Below are positions 43,390 to 59,836 of a stretch of 64,000 bases of DNA, in pieces; within the stretch, counting starts at the first letter, position 1; each line of letters starts with the position of its first letter. Both the position numbers and the translations under genes were made by a program. The DNA is taken from the NCBI RefSeq assembly GCF_009914755.1, contig NC_060926.1; one strand, written 5' to 3'. The notes under the pieces were generated by a model that saw only the letters and a program-made list of their open reading frames with translations, was not told where the DNA came from and did not search any database. The DNA comes from the human T2T-CHM13v2.0 reference genome, Homo sapiens.

Positions 43390-45000
43390 CTAAGAAAACA
43401 TTCAGTAAAATGCTTGAAAGATAAAACTGTGGATATCCCCTGGAAAGTAGAAGAAAAAGGTGAGAAATATATGGAAATCCTGGAATCTGTTTGGGAAGGC
43501 CAACATTCAATTAATAGGTTTCCAAAAGGAAGAATAAGTAAATTAGTGGAAAAGGAAATGATCAAGGAGTAAAACATGCAAGGACATTTTCCAGAACTAA
43601 ACGATATTTGTTTCCAGATTCCTGGGCCCTCATGGCCACCATAATGCATGGGAGGGGTATGTAGGGAAGAGACCCACACCAACATAATCATGACATTTCA
43701 GAACACTCTGGAGATAAAGATCCTAAATATTTCCAGAGAGAAAAATCATGTCTCAGGCAAAGGCCTGAAACAAGAAGGCAGCAGATTTTCTCAACAACAA
43801 CACTGGATGCTAGAAGACAAAAATGCCTCGGAAAATCTGAGAGAAAAGGATCTTCAACCTAGAATTCTATATCCAGCCAAACTATCAATCATACAGAAGA
43901 GTAGAGTAGTGGTATTTTTTTGGCCAGCAAAATTTCAAGAAATATACCTACATTTATCTTCATTGAAATCCTCTCAAGAAACTACAAGAGGCTGTTTTGT
44001 ACCAAAGCTAGGATTTATAGTAAGAGAAAAGCACAGAGTTCAGGAAGCAAAGGTCTCTAACAGGAGGGAGGCAAGCAAAATCCAAGGATGATGGCAAGGT
44101 AGCTCCCACAGGTCAGCTGTGCAGCAGGCAAAAGGGAAGCCTGTCTTAATAACATTGTGTGGACAGAGGAACTCTGGATGGCTATCTCTTTCCGTTTATC
44201 ATAATCACCACTAGTCCTTATAAATTTCCCAACTGTGATCTGCTACCTGATAGATTTGAACGTGAAGAACATTGTAGTAAGAGGTGTTTTATGTAATTCT
44301 TGAAGGGTGTCAGAAGACTAAGAGATTAAAAGAAATGAAGAAAAAATGTCAATGAGGCAACTTTAACTCCAAGATAAAGAAAAAAGGTAGTAATAATCAT
44401 TGCTTTTTTTTATATTTTACTGACTACTTCCATCACATGACTTAATGTTCTAAGCCATTTTACACATATCAACTCATTTAATTGTAAATATCACCTTAGC
44501 AAGTTGGTACTATTGATATCTCCGTTATTCAGGTGGGAAAAAATAGAAAGATTGGCCTGAGGTGCCAGAATGGGATTCAAGCAGCCTGTTAGGCTCTGAA
44601 CTGCCTCTCTAAGAAAGAAAATGTAATCACAGCATTCAATTTCATTTGGCAGTAAGCACTATTTGCATAGTCAAAATGATAAAACCACTGAGTACACATT
44701 GAACCAAAACTGTCATGTAATCATATCAGGAGGATGAGGGAGTGGGAAAAAGAAAAGACATAAAAGCAAATAAACTAACAAAACACTCTGCCTGCAATAA
44801 GAGTCAATAAATAACACCTAGACACACACATATGTGTGCATATATATGTACATATGTGTTCATGTGTGTATATATCTAGGTATTTATCAACTTCCTGTTA
44901 CTGCGGGTGATATATGTGGATATATATGTATATGTGGGTGTGTATGTGAATAATATGGAGGAAAATATTCGAAGAAAAAAATCGAGAGTAATAGCTTCTA
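43390..45000 (+). mobile_element. HAL1 (ORF1-only L1 relative), with a MIR at about 44390-44610
   Basis: ORF 43648-44091 includes 'LREKDLQPRILYPAKLS' (ORF1p C-terminus); cagctgtgcagcaggc HAL1 3' motif. Confidence 0.75.
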
Positions 45001-46030
45001 GTAGCTATTTGGCAGCATTTGATTTTTAATTTAAAACTATGTGCATGTATTACACACACATACATACCTATACCTATAATGTACTATATCTATGTACATT
45101 TCATGCTGACAAAGATTTTTAAAGGTCTTGGTCCTGGTTAATAGCCTGTGGACCTGAGTGCACCTCTGCTCTTCTGCCTGTCTGGAACCTCCCCTGCCTC
45201 TCAAACTTACCTACAACCCTACAATCTAAAGGGTACAGGCCTGCTACAGCCTGGGACTCCAGGACCCCCTCTACCCCACAGCCAGCCTGGCATGGACCTC
45301 ATCCCCATTGGGTCTGTGCTTATGTCCTCCCAGCCATTAAATATTTCTTAATATTATCCTTGTTTATGAAATTACCTTAAATGAAAAAAGAAGATACAAA
45401 TTATTTCTATAAAGTCAATAAAAATGAGTTTATGTGGGAAATAATACATTGTTTTACTCTTTATACTTGTCTAGATTTTAAAAGCGTTTCACATAAAAAT
45501 CACAGATTAATTTTAAGACTGACAACAAATGTAAGAAAAAGCACAAAATGAAACTCATAGATGGATAAAGTCACGGATTTATAATATGCCTAACTATGTC
45601 TCTGCATTACAGAAGCTGGTACAGGCCAATCCTCACTTTCATAAATAGCCCTGGAAACATTTGAAAGGCAAATGTTTGAGTCAAAATATGGACATAAGTG
45701 TTATGAAAGGGATCTTGAGCCTAGATAATTTAAACTAATTAAAAATCTCTATTTATCACCCTTATGATTATAGGAAAAGACAACCTCCTTTGGACCCAGG
45801 AGGCCAGGTAGACAGATGACAGCTCTCATGAGTGCCCGGTCAGATAGGAGGCACAAGCCAACAGTCCTAGGCCAGGTTAGATGACTGGCCACTCTCAATC
45901 ATTAAATCCTTATTCAGCTGTATTAGATATACAGAGCAGGGTGAGAAGTGGTCTAATTTGTTTAATTTTCCAAGCCCAAGACATGTTACATCTTAAATTG
46001 CTCCCCTGTCTGCCAGCATATAAGAGTTCT

Positions 46031-46194
46031 TATTGCAGGCTGCCTATAACTTCTCCTCACAACCCTTTGAACTTTCCGAGCCCAAAAGTCTGCTCCAGAG
46101 CCAGATGCCCACTATTGCAGGCTGCCTATAACTTCTCCTCACAACCCTTTGAACTTTCCGAGCCCAAAAGTCTGCTCCAGAGCCAGATGCCCAC
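46031..46194 (+). repeat. Perfect tandem duplication, 2 x 82 bp
   Basis: tattgcaggctgcc...gccagatgcccac at 46031-46112 and 46113-46194, no mismatch seen. Confidence 0.98.
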
Positions 46195-47741
46195 AGTGTC
46201 CAATGCCAGAGCCCCTTTACCCAGGTGAAGATAAGCTGACCAACTATCCCATCTTGCTCTTGCTTGGGCCTGGGTGGAAAGAGAGTTTCCAGGATATGAG
46301 ATTTTTAGTGCCTAAATCCATCTTGGGCAAACTTGGATGAGTTGGTCACCCGAGCTGGAGGTCACCCTAGCTGTAGATTATTATTGGATAAGATGTAACT
46401 GTCACCCACTGGGGCTGTAGAGGAGGGGATCAATGGACATCTCTGCTAGGTGACCAAGGGCTACCTGTGAACACTCTCTGTCCCCCTAACTTTTTCCAGA
46501 GGGACAGTGGCTGGAAGATAGAGTCCTCTCCATGACAGTGAGAAATTACCTTTCTTTAAATGAGATGTGAAGGAGAGGTCAGCTGACACAGGAGTCAGCT
46601 TTTAAATATTACGTGTAAGACCAAAAGCTTCAGGGGCCTGATAGGTGAAGTAGTGGTTGGGGAACTCAAATGGACAGACGGAGTGGTAGAGATCATAGCA
46701 ACCTAAGAAGCCTCTCTTAGGGCAGGTGATCCTTGGCTCCCACTGAAATCTCAAGTTGGAAACAGGATCTAGTTTGGTAGATCTTCCCATTTTTTAGGGG
46801 AAGCTAGCAACCTGGATTTTTATGTGATATTTCAACTTTTCAATGTGGAAGACCAATTCAAAAACATGTAATCACTGTGCAGTGTTTCTCAGCTCATGTC
46901 TGTGAGTAACTGTGATGCATGCTCTCTGCAAAAGTAAGATGTGTGTCTCCGTTACACTAATTAAAGGTTCACCATGTGATATAGAAGATGCCTGGAGTGG
47001 GGATCAGAGAATATCCGCAAGACTCGCCATTTGGCGTCAGCTGCTTTGCATCCTGGTTCTCTCTCTCCTTTTCTCTCCAGGTGTGCAAGTCTCTCCACAT
47101 CCCCTTCACTCCCCCCCACCCAAGAATTGGGCATACTACATGGGAGAGATCTTCTTTGATTTGTTTCTTTGCTTCTTCCTCATCCCTCCCTCCCCCAACC
47201 AGCTTTGAATATTGAACTGGCCATTTCTCTCTAAGGTGGCACATGGCATTAGAGCAATTCAAAAAATTGCTCTAATTTTTCAATTAAAACTTATGGGTTC
47301 ATTATTAGTATCTTGCATTTTAGAAATTCCTGCTGCAGAATCAAATTCCCTGGGCTCCTATTTGGCCTTTGAAACCAATACTTTATCTAGACACAATGAA
47401 GGGGAACACCCTTGGCTGGGGCTTACTAATGGGGAAGAGCGAGTCCCTAGAGCTGTTGGTGTCTAAGGGCACATTCTACAACTCCTAATTAGTGATTCAG
47501 AAATTAATTTTCGTTTTGTAGATTAAAGTTGCATTTGTAAATTAACACATATAAGCCTTCTGGCATATCAATGAAGGGGGAAAGCCACCAACACTGAACT
47601 ACTGAGCTCTAGTAGCTCTGAAATGCCCAAATAGTGTGAGAAGTTAGGAAGGTCCCAAGGACAGTGCTTCTGAAAGTCTCATCTGAAGCTCACTTGCAAC
47701 AAATGAAGCATTTCAGGAGGTATTTTAGAAATACAGCTTCA

Positions 47742-48054
<313 letters not shown>

Positions 48055-49033
48055 AAATACAGATTCAAGGGCCTAACTCTCAACCTATTGAATCACATTA
48101 TGTAATCAGAAGGCCCAGGACTCAACTTTAACAAGCTCCCGGCGTCGTTTTCATGCACAATACATTAGAAGACCTGCCGCTACAGGGCCTTTATTCCTGG
48201 TTTCTAAGCAGCCACCAAAGCCTCAGATTCCAGGCTGGGAGAGCAAGATGGAGGTTAGTCTTATCTCACCTTTTGGTCAGATAAAAGAGACTAATAATAA
48301 ATAGGATAAAAGAATACAAGAGAAGAGGAACCACTCATATGAGAATTAGAAAATCATGTTTGAAATGAGGGCAGTTTTCAAAGAGACAATTATGAGAGGA
48401 GACAGCCCAGTCTCATAATGGCAAGGTATTCTGAAAGGCAGGCAAGATTTATTTCAAGTGTACCTCATGTCAAGAACTCCACTAGGCAGTGACATTCATT
48501 ACTTCAGCAACATTTACTGAACACCTATATGTAAAAAATTCAAGCCAAAACACATTACATAGAATATATAGGGCAATTTAATATTGATAACCTGAAGCTA
48601 TAACAGCCATTATACTTTCTGTGCAAATAGCATACACTGTTAGTAATATAAACGTAAGCAGAAAGACAATAGTAAGATATTTTGACATACCTTCAATCAA
48701 TCTGCTAAACCAAGTAGATAAAACTTAATGTTAGAGAACTTTAATAATGTGACCAATAGGTTGGAATTACTAGATGTATGGCAAAGTATATAACCTAAAA
48801 TGGATGATCCATGTGTGCCCTCAAACACTGATAGTGTAAATAGGCATAATTTTTCCAGAGGGAAATTGGGTAGTATGTATCCAAAATCTTTGAAATGTGC
48901 ATATCTTTAATCTTGAAATCTTAAACCTAAGAATTTTTACTATGGAGAAAGATGTATGCACAAAGATGGTGGCTGAAACATATACAAGTCCCAAAATGGG
49001 GGACTTCTCAAATAAATCAGTGCCTTTGGCATA

Positions 49034-51595
<2,562 letters not shown>

Positions 51596-52593
51596 TATTT
51601 TTATCAAAGCAACTGTTTCTCCAGATGAAATTAGAAAGCACAATTTATGAAATTCTGAATGAATTGGAATAGTAAACTCCTAGAGCTTTGTACATTCCCA
51701 AGAGAGGTTCCCATTTTCAGTGAAACAAGGTGGGGAGCCCCGAGGCCTGCAAAGGCTCATGACCAGCAGTAGACGTGCAGTGAATTGGTGTGGGCTGGCT
51801 AGACATCTGAAAGTCCTCCAACATGAAGGCTGGCCAGGTCTCAGGATCAGATGAGAGGCTTAGAAGCCAGGTATTCAGTTGTAAATCAAGACCATACACA
51901 TCCCTCCATTATCTGGCATTATGTAATGGAGGGACCAAGATACCACTGGGGTAAAGGAGGACCAGGAAAAACACCCAAACTTTGACCGAGATTATTTGAA
52001 AGCAAGCAGAAGGAGAATAAGAAAAATTAAGAAATATGTGTCAATAAGATCGGAATAGTGGTTTCCCTCCGGAAGAGTGAATAATTTAATCGGGGGAACA
52101 CATGGGTCTTCAAATGCATGCATAGCATTATACATCTTAAGTCAGATAGATGGTAGGTACCTCCTTGAGTGTCCAGAAGATTCAATAATACAGTTCTTAG
52201 GAGACATGTGTTACTCTTCTGGGCTGAAGAGATAAGCTGTGAAGGACTATCAGATGTAAGAAGGGTGGAGCGACTTCTTCACAAAAGGAAACTAAACTCA
52301 ATTTTTCGCAAAAAAACGAAACTAAACTTTAAGACAAAATTAGTGCCCCAAGAGGGTGATGAGTAATGGTGGAGCCATCTGTAAACATCGGCAGAGGTTG
52401 CTGGAAGCAGGGAATAGACTGCTTTCAAATAGCAGGTTAGAAGTTTTCTGTCCTCAGGCTGCAGAGGCAGCAGCTCCCACTGTCACCAAGAACTCTGCTC
52501 TGGGGTTGGTGGTACATGAAGTCTCAAAATTATCTGTTCCCGTAAGCTTGGGTGTGTGTTTGTCCTTCTGTGTGTTCTCTGCCATTCCACAGG

Positions 52594-52595
<2 letters not shown>

Positions 52596-52627
<32 letters not shown>
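52596..52627 (+). repeat. (TG)n microsatellite
   Basis: About 16 TG units read directly. Confidence 0.97.
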
Positions 52628-52628
<1 letters not shown>

Positions 52629-52779
52629 GTTGTTGCTGTTGTGTGTGGTGGGGGGGTGGGTCAGAGGGAATTCAGAGGGGGCTCAGAGGCTCCAAAATAA
52701 ATAAGTGGATGAATGTCTAGTTGCCCCCTTCACCCCCGAGGTGGAAGACAGATTCTTTTAGTATCCTCCTTGCTCTATC

Positions 52780-53150
52780 TTTAGCAATAAAAAAAATTAA
52801 TTATGCTGCATACATTTTTCTTAGATATAATGCTGTTGCATATTTAAGAGACTAGAGTTTAGTGTAAGCATAACTTTTATATGTACCAGAAAACAAAAAC
52901 ATTTATGTGACTCACTTTACTGTGACCATTACGGCAGTGGTCTGGAACTAAATCAACAGTATCTCTGAGGAAGTATACCTGTATTTTAATCAAAGCAACT
53001 GTTTCTCCAAATGAAACTGGAAAGCACAATTCATGAAATTCTGGTTGAATTGGAATAGCAACCTCCCAGAGCTCTGCACATTCCCAAGAGAGGTTCTCGT
53101 TTTCAGTGAGGCAGGGTGGGGTGTCCCGGGGCCTGCAGAGGCTTATGTCC
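52780..53150 (+). repeat. Second copy of 51398-51764 (Tigger1 3' end plus unique flank)
   Basis: Colinear similarity over about 370 bp, including 170 bp beyond the Tigger terminus. Confidence 0.95.
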
Positions 53151-54589
53151 TTGTTCCAGCCAAGGGAGAGAAACACAGTAGAGAACTGGACATTTGGCTG
53201 TGCTCTGGCCAAAGGTGGTGAAAATGAGCAAGAGTCCTGATCCATAGCTAACTGGGATGCCCTCGTTCCAAGCAGCACTGCTACAGTTTCTCAGGTGCAT
53301 CTCACCCAAGGACACAGTCAGGCATCAGGGACCAGGGGGCAGAGTGATCTGGCCAATAGCAGGTGTGCAGGAGGCAGCAGCCTGCAGTATCCGGGGACAG
53401 CCACAGGGGTTCCCTGTATGGCCAGTGTGAAAGGCAGGAGGAGGATGTGAAACTGCTCATAGGAACACAGCCCTCTCACTGATTGCTGAGGCCAGGTGGT
53501 GGAGGGTGATAATATAAGATCATGCCCTAGAAAAGACCAGGAAACCACATGCATCAATATAACCTTTGTCTATTTCTCCCAACACATGTCTGAGCAACAT
53601 ACTGAGTTTAATTTAGTGTTGCATCGAAAGGAAGGAAAATACGACCTATACATGTAGATTCAAAGGGACCTTTGCTAAAATTATTACGAGATGAAGACTA
53701 GTGTCTTTTATACCGCTTGGTACTAACTCTATGAATGAGTACATTAAGAGGAATTAAAATGGCATGTCTGAATAGAACTAAAATTAGGGGAAGAGTTAAT
53801 TTATGCATCATTTTTTACTAAACAATGAAATCTAAACATGTTATTTATGCTCAGTCATGAATAAAATGCAGCTTTCAATTTCTCCGTTATTGAAGGATGA
53901 TTATTTCCACAGGCTTATTTAATACTTGTCTGACATCATTTAGTATAATATAATTACCTGAAATGAAATTTCATTTAAAGAAATTAATGGGGTCATGACC
54001 CCACACAATATTTTGTAGCCAAGATGCACTTTTTATTGAGAAAAATAAGATTCTTACAGTGTGAACCACCAATGTGAACCACATCTGTCCTGTTGTATCT
54101 TCACGATACACATTGACATTAGCATCCTTGTAGGGTAGCAGCATTTTGTGAAGGTGCACCAAAATGACACTTTTTTCCAAGCTTGTTGTTGAAGAAGTGA
54201 AAAACTAAATTGTTCCCAGCATTGGGGTTTGATTGTAAACAAGTCACACCCTAGACGGTGAGACAAATTGGATCGAAGTGGAAGAAGACACCCGCTTTCA
54301 GGACCCCTCATGGTAAGGGACAGTCCTAGGGCTGTGTAGGCCATCTGCGGAAATTCCATCAAGCCACAGAAGACATATGCTTACCCGGGAGAAAGGCCAA
54401 GGTTGAGTGAACTATATGCCAAACAGAAGGGATGAGGCAAGGGTGTGGATGGCAGAAGCAGTGGGATTTGGTGGTTAAGGTAGGCAGCTCAGGATATAAA
54501 TTCACAGACACTAAGCCCATGGTGGCTGTTCCTCTTATGTGTGGCCTGGGGTATCTTGCTAGAACAGGAGCTGGATTGAGTAGAAACTT

Positions 54590-55130
54590 TTGTCCCAGGG
54601 AGTTGGCTAATGTCCACAGTTCCGGCAGCTAAATGGCAGATCAAGAAATGAACATCTCTTACAACCTCCTCCTGGTGTGCCTTTCTCTACTACAGAGGCT
54701 GGAAAACTGAAAACTATATATCCCAGACTTCCTTGCACCAAGATAACCAGAGGCACTTGTGTGAGACCTGAATGTAGAACCAAGTTCTGCAAGGAGGGAA
54801 GTGGCAAAATGCGAGGCATCTATTTTGTGGATGTGGCTCTAGCCAGCATGTGATGGCTTTGGAACCAGCTCCCCGTGGGGCAGCTTCTTGACCCCCAGTT
54901 AGACATGGAGTGATGTGAGATCCTGGAGCCAAAAGGGGTACAGTAGCTTCCTCATCCACCAACATTCTAATTATAGAAAAAGTCGCTATACTTTTAGTCA
55001 GTTTTGTTCCAAAAGTCATTTCCAGAGACCAGCCTAGACTCTGCTTCTCTAACTCTTCCACAAACTTGGAAGTGCCTAATTTCCTATACTAAATCCCGTT
55101 CTATTTACAGTCAAGGGGACCCTGACTACT
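54590..55130 (+). mobile_element. LTR33-like ERVL LTR
   Basis: cagaggctggaaaactgaaaacta...cccagacttccttgca. Confidence 0.6.
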
Positions 55131-55919
55131 ACCAGAGCCCTCCCATTTGACCAGTTATTCTGGTTAGCCTTTCTGGTGCTTGGAAGCCAAAATCAATACT
55201 TCCTAAATCAGAAATATATGTTGAAATGTTAATAGTTTGTTTTTCTCTGCTCCACACTCTACCTTACCTCCCTTTTCAGGCATCAAGGATAACACTATTT
55301 TCAAATGACACCCAGAGGAAGCCAACACATAGACAACAAAGGGTCATTTTCTTGGCTTTGGGGTTCTTAAACAGACTTGCAAATCTTTGAGAGCACAGTC
55401 TTGAAGGCCAGTACACTACTGATTTACAAAAGCTTGGTGCATGGGAGATAAATAATTTTCATTTTGAATTCTTAAAAAATGGCTTGGCTCAGAAGGAACA
55501 AGGATAAAGACTGGAGAACCAATAGTATAGAGTTTATACCATAAAATAAAGAGTTTGAAAAAAAAAGTATGATGTCATAAAGTTTTTCTTATTTAAATGA
55601 AGTAAGAGTTCAAAAACTGTCAGCAGGAAAGGAAAGCTAGAGGGGAATTAATGAGAACCTGGATACCTCCTAGATCCCCAAGAAAGTTTTCAGTGCTCCT
55701 GCCTCAAGTTTCAGGAGCTGCATATATGATGGGAACCCAAGATATGTTTTTAGAACAATCATGAGAACAGAAGATGTGTCTTGTGGTCCATTTGTCAGAG
55801 AGTAACCCAGGAGATGCAAGCCTCACCCAACATTGCTCCTGAATGGTAGAGTGGCAATGTCATTGGATGTTGGGGTAGATGTGCTTGGGAGCAGCTTCAC
55901 ACAATCAGCACTGCTCAGC

Positions 55920-56920
55920 AAAGGGAATTTATTGAGAAGCTAATGAGGCTTAAGTTCAGGGCTTCTCACAAAGCCTGGGGATGGGCCCAGCTATTTGTTC
56001 ACAAAGCGCAAATCTCAGGTGCAATCAGTGGAGACAACTGTTTCTCTCTTCTTCACCTGCCTCTCCATCCATCTTCCCTTCATGTGGGGTGGCATTGGAG
56101 TGGCCGTAAAGCATTTGGGATCTGTGTAAAAGAAACCTGTGTTCAGGATACATCCCAGTTGAGTATGTTGTGATACATTTATGTGGCTTGCAGGTGCTTC
56201 TTGTATCACCAATCCAGTGTAGGAAGAGCCTCCAGGAATACTACTACTTTAAACTGTGCCAAATTGTCTGGAGTCATGAGAGGGGGACGAAGAGTCAAAG
56301 GTCATATGGTAATATAAATAGGTACCATGGTGCTCAGAACTACTGGAAATACCTGGGTAGAGAAGGAGAAACAATGTCTGTACTGATACTACCAACAGAG
56401 AGTATATCTCTGTGTGAAGACATATGTTTTATCAATTAAGACAGAGGAAAGACTTATTTTCTTTCTAGTCCATTAAAAATATATATTCTAAAATGTTGTC
56501 ATGTAAGTGGCAATTGAAAAATATGCAAAAAATATCAGACAAAAGAATCACCAAGTGACCTAAGACAGTTAATCAATAAAATTATTTTTCTAGATTGTAA
56601 TGTTTGTTGTATGTCAGCTTTTGACATGTTAATCCAAGAAGCATTCCCAAACAATTCAGCAAGGCAGGACATATTGTGTATCAATTCTATACTATAAACT
56701 TTAAAATCTTGATGAGCTGGGATATTTAAAATAAATAACTGGTTAAGAAATAGAACTTGAATTGCATTGAGTAGTAATGATAGAAAAAATGTTATGATTT
56801 ATTTTCTCATTCTAAGTAAAAATTCACATTTGTTCCTAATTTTGTACTTTTGTTTTCTTGAAACAAGTCCCCCGAATTACATAAAGTACAGGGCTCATAA
56901 AAACCAGATGTAACTCTAAT
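55920..56920 (+). mobile_element. MER115/Zaphod (hAT-Tip100) with a 170-bp foreign insert
   Basis: gaagctaatgaggcttaagttcaggg; ggtggcattggagtggccg; gaggaaagact; ttttctcattctaa...cctaattttgta. Confidence 0.7.
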
Positions 56921-57518
56921 ACCAGCCTGAAGTTCCTGAGCTTCTCAAAGATGCTGTAGAGCTTCTGAGAGGGCTATGTACCAAAAAGGTCCGTGCTCAG
57001 AATAAAGAAGATGCGATGTGTGTGACACTTGTGGCTGGAGGTCAAACCAGGAAGATAGACACCAGTAAGAGAGGCCATATGGAAAATGGGCACAGGCCAA
57101 CAAGGAGAGAGGAGGGCTGGCAGAGCAGAGATTGTCCCCCAATGGCAGCATGATAGCTGAGTCTCCCACCCCACCCCTGCCCAAAGAAGAAGGACAACAA
57201 TAAAAGGGATAAAAACTTGATTGCCTTAAAATTAGAAGTATCTGAGCTACTTTGAATTGGCAAGATAAAGTTTTCAACCACTGGGGAAACACAAACACAG
57301 CCCTGACAACTAGATTAAATTCAGTTACAGGGAAGTAAAGAAAAATGCCCTTTGATTCCTAGAATGAGTGACTTGCAAAATTCATGCAACTCTAAGTATT
57401 TTGGCTTCCCCTCATGATCATCAGAGCCAGCTGCAGAGGGCACTGCAGAGCAGGGCTTTTTCCAGTAGGACATCCCCGAGAACTGGTGGGTGAGGGTGGG
57501 TATGTATAAAGGAAGAGA

Positions 57519-57823
57519 GGCCAGCTGCAGTGGCTCACGCCTGTAATCCCAGCACTTTGGGAGGCCGAGGCGGGTGGACCACCTGAAGTTAGGAGTTTGA
57601 GAAAGATTGCCCAACATGGCGAAACCCTGTCTCCACTAAAAATACACAAAATTAGCCAGGTGTGGTGGCGGGCACCTGTAATCCCAGCTACTTGGGAGGT
57701 TGAGGCAGGAGAATTGCTTGAACCAGGGAGGCAGAGGTTGCAGTGGCCGAGATCGTGTCACTGCACTCCAGCCTGGGTGACAGAGCAAGACTCTGTCTCA
57801 AAAATAAATAAATAAATAAATAA
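57519..57823 (+). mobile_element. AluS
   Basis: Full Alu with (AAAT)n tail. Confidence 0.92.
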
Positions 57824-57949
57824 ATGGAGGAGAGTTGGAGAGGATGTATGTGGGGCCAACCGCCCCAGCCCCCAAGTGTAGGCTCAGGAACCTGCCCCCT
57901 AATTGCAGGAGTGGATCCAGACCACAGGGCTGGTTGTGGATCCCCACTT

Positions 57950-59836
57950 TTTTGTTCGACAAGCATTTCCTAGAAGCCTCTCATGAGGTTGTTGCTGGAA
58001 ATGGAGCAGTGAACACAACAAAGTCCTTGCTTTTGTGAAGCTGCCATTCTAGCAGAAGGGAGATGATATGTAAGTTAGCAAAAACCTAATATATTAGGTT
58101 GTAATAAATGCAATTCAGAAAAGTAGGAGATTCCAGGGAAAGGGTGCTATTCTACACCGGGGAGTTAGGGAAGCCCTCCATGAGAAGGGGAACAATGTGG
58201 AGTCATCTGAGGGAACAAAAAAACCAGGCATGTGAGATCTGGTAGAAGAACTTTCCAAATAGGTGGAAAAGCAAGTGCAAGCCCCAAGAGAGGAGCCTGG
58301 TTGGATGTCTAGGAATGGGAGAGGGACCAGTGAAGTTGCAGTGGCAGGAGGGAAGGAACTCACAGACATAGCCAGAGGCTGGACCCTGGGGCTTAGCAAG
58401 GACCTTGGATTTTACTCTAAGTAAGATGAGAAGCCACTGGGGAAAACACCTTTGAAAATATTGTAACTGAGAAAATTTTTACAGTGAAGGAAATCTGACC
58501 TCACTGACTCCATCTTGCTTCTAATCTCCAAGATGTTCTTGTTCGTTCCTGGGCATAGGCCAAACTAATTTTGGGAGGAACTTAGTTTATAATTTAGCTT
58601 CAAAACAAAGATGGTAACAGCCCTTTCCCCAAACAAACACGCTTCCTGCCTGGGGAATAGACTGTCTATGAGGACTAACAAATTAGCCACAAGATTAGAA
58701 ATTATGGTTTAGGAGTCACATAGCTGGAGGCTGCAAGATTCTAAACATCCTCAAATTGCTTCCAGGGATAACGTCACTACTGTAAAACCTAAGATCAGTG
58801 CTTGAAATATTTACAGACTCTGCACTCAGTGGATTGGCTGGCACCACCTGGATCAATTAATTGGCTCATCTGGTCTTGTGGCCTCCACCCAGAAACTGAT
58901 TCAGTGCAAGATGACAGTTTCAATTCCCTTTGATTTCACCTCTGACCTGACCAACGAGAACTCCCGACTCATTGGCCCCCTACACACCAAATTATCCTTA
59001 AAAACTCTGATTCCCAAATTGTTGGGGAGACTGATTTGAGTAATAATAAAACTTCGGTCTCCCCACAGCTAGCTCTGTGTGAATTACTCTTTATCTTTTG
59101 CAATTCCCCTGTTTTGATAAATTGGCTCTGTCTAGGCAGTGGGCAAGGTGAACCTGTTGGGCAGTTACACTGGCAGGCTTAGGGGAGAGGAATTAGTTGG
59201 TCAGATTGTTTCTAAATTAATCCCTCCAGCTGCTATGTGATAAATTTACTGGGGGAGATGTAAGGGTAGAAGCAGGGAGACTAGTTGGAAGATTCCTGCA
59301 ATAATCTACAAGACAGATAATGATGGTTTGGGCCACCACATGGAGGTGATAAGAAGTGGTCTTATCCTGGATATATTTGAAGGAAGAGCCAACTGGATTT
59401 ACCAATGGATTTGATATATGAGTAAGAGAAAGAGCAGAGTGAAGGATAACTGCAAGATGTTTTATGCTAAGCAATTCTTAAAAGAGTTGTCATTTACTGA
59501 CATAGGGAAGACTGGAGGAAGAACACATTTGGGGCAAGGAAATGAAGAATTCAATTTTGCACATATTAATTTTGAGACAAATATTAGATATCAAAGTAAA
59601 GATTTCAAGTAAGTGGTTGGGTATAAAAGAGCTGAGTTCAGAGGGGAGGATGGGGAGAGAGAGAAAAATTGGGGAATCATTGATGTTTAAATGTCTTTGA
59701 AGTTCTGGGCCTGCATGAGATCACCTAGTGAGTGAGGATATATAGAAAAAAGAGATATGAGACACGAGGCTAGGGATACTGGAATATTTAGAAGCTGGGG
59801 AGATGGAGAAGAAGCAACAAAGGAGTTGAGGAGTGG
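57950..59836 (-). mobile_element. L2 interrupted by LTR8A
   Basis: ttggattttactctaagtaagatgagaagccactgg resumes after the LTR; ggatatatttgaaggaagagccaac. Confidence 0.8.
58441..59169 (+). mobile_element. LTR8/LTR8A solo LTR (ERV1)
   Basis: gactccatcttgcttctaa...ttgggaggaacttagttta...gggcaaggtgaacctgttgggcagttaca. 4-bp TSD ctgg at 58437-58440 and 59170-59173. Confidence 0.88.

Noticed and set aside
43648-44091. 147-aa ORF with an ORF1p-like motif
   Set aside because: Degenerate HAL1/L1 ORF1 remnant with frame-shifted segments; not a gene.
52356-52700. 114-aa ORF with a VCVC run
   Set aside because: The run is the (TG)n microsatellite; no coding evidence.
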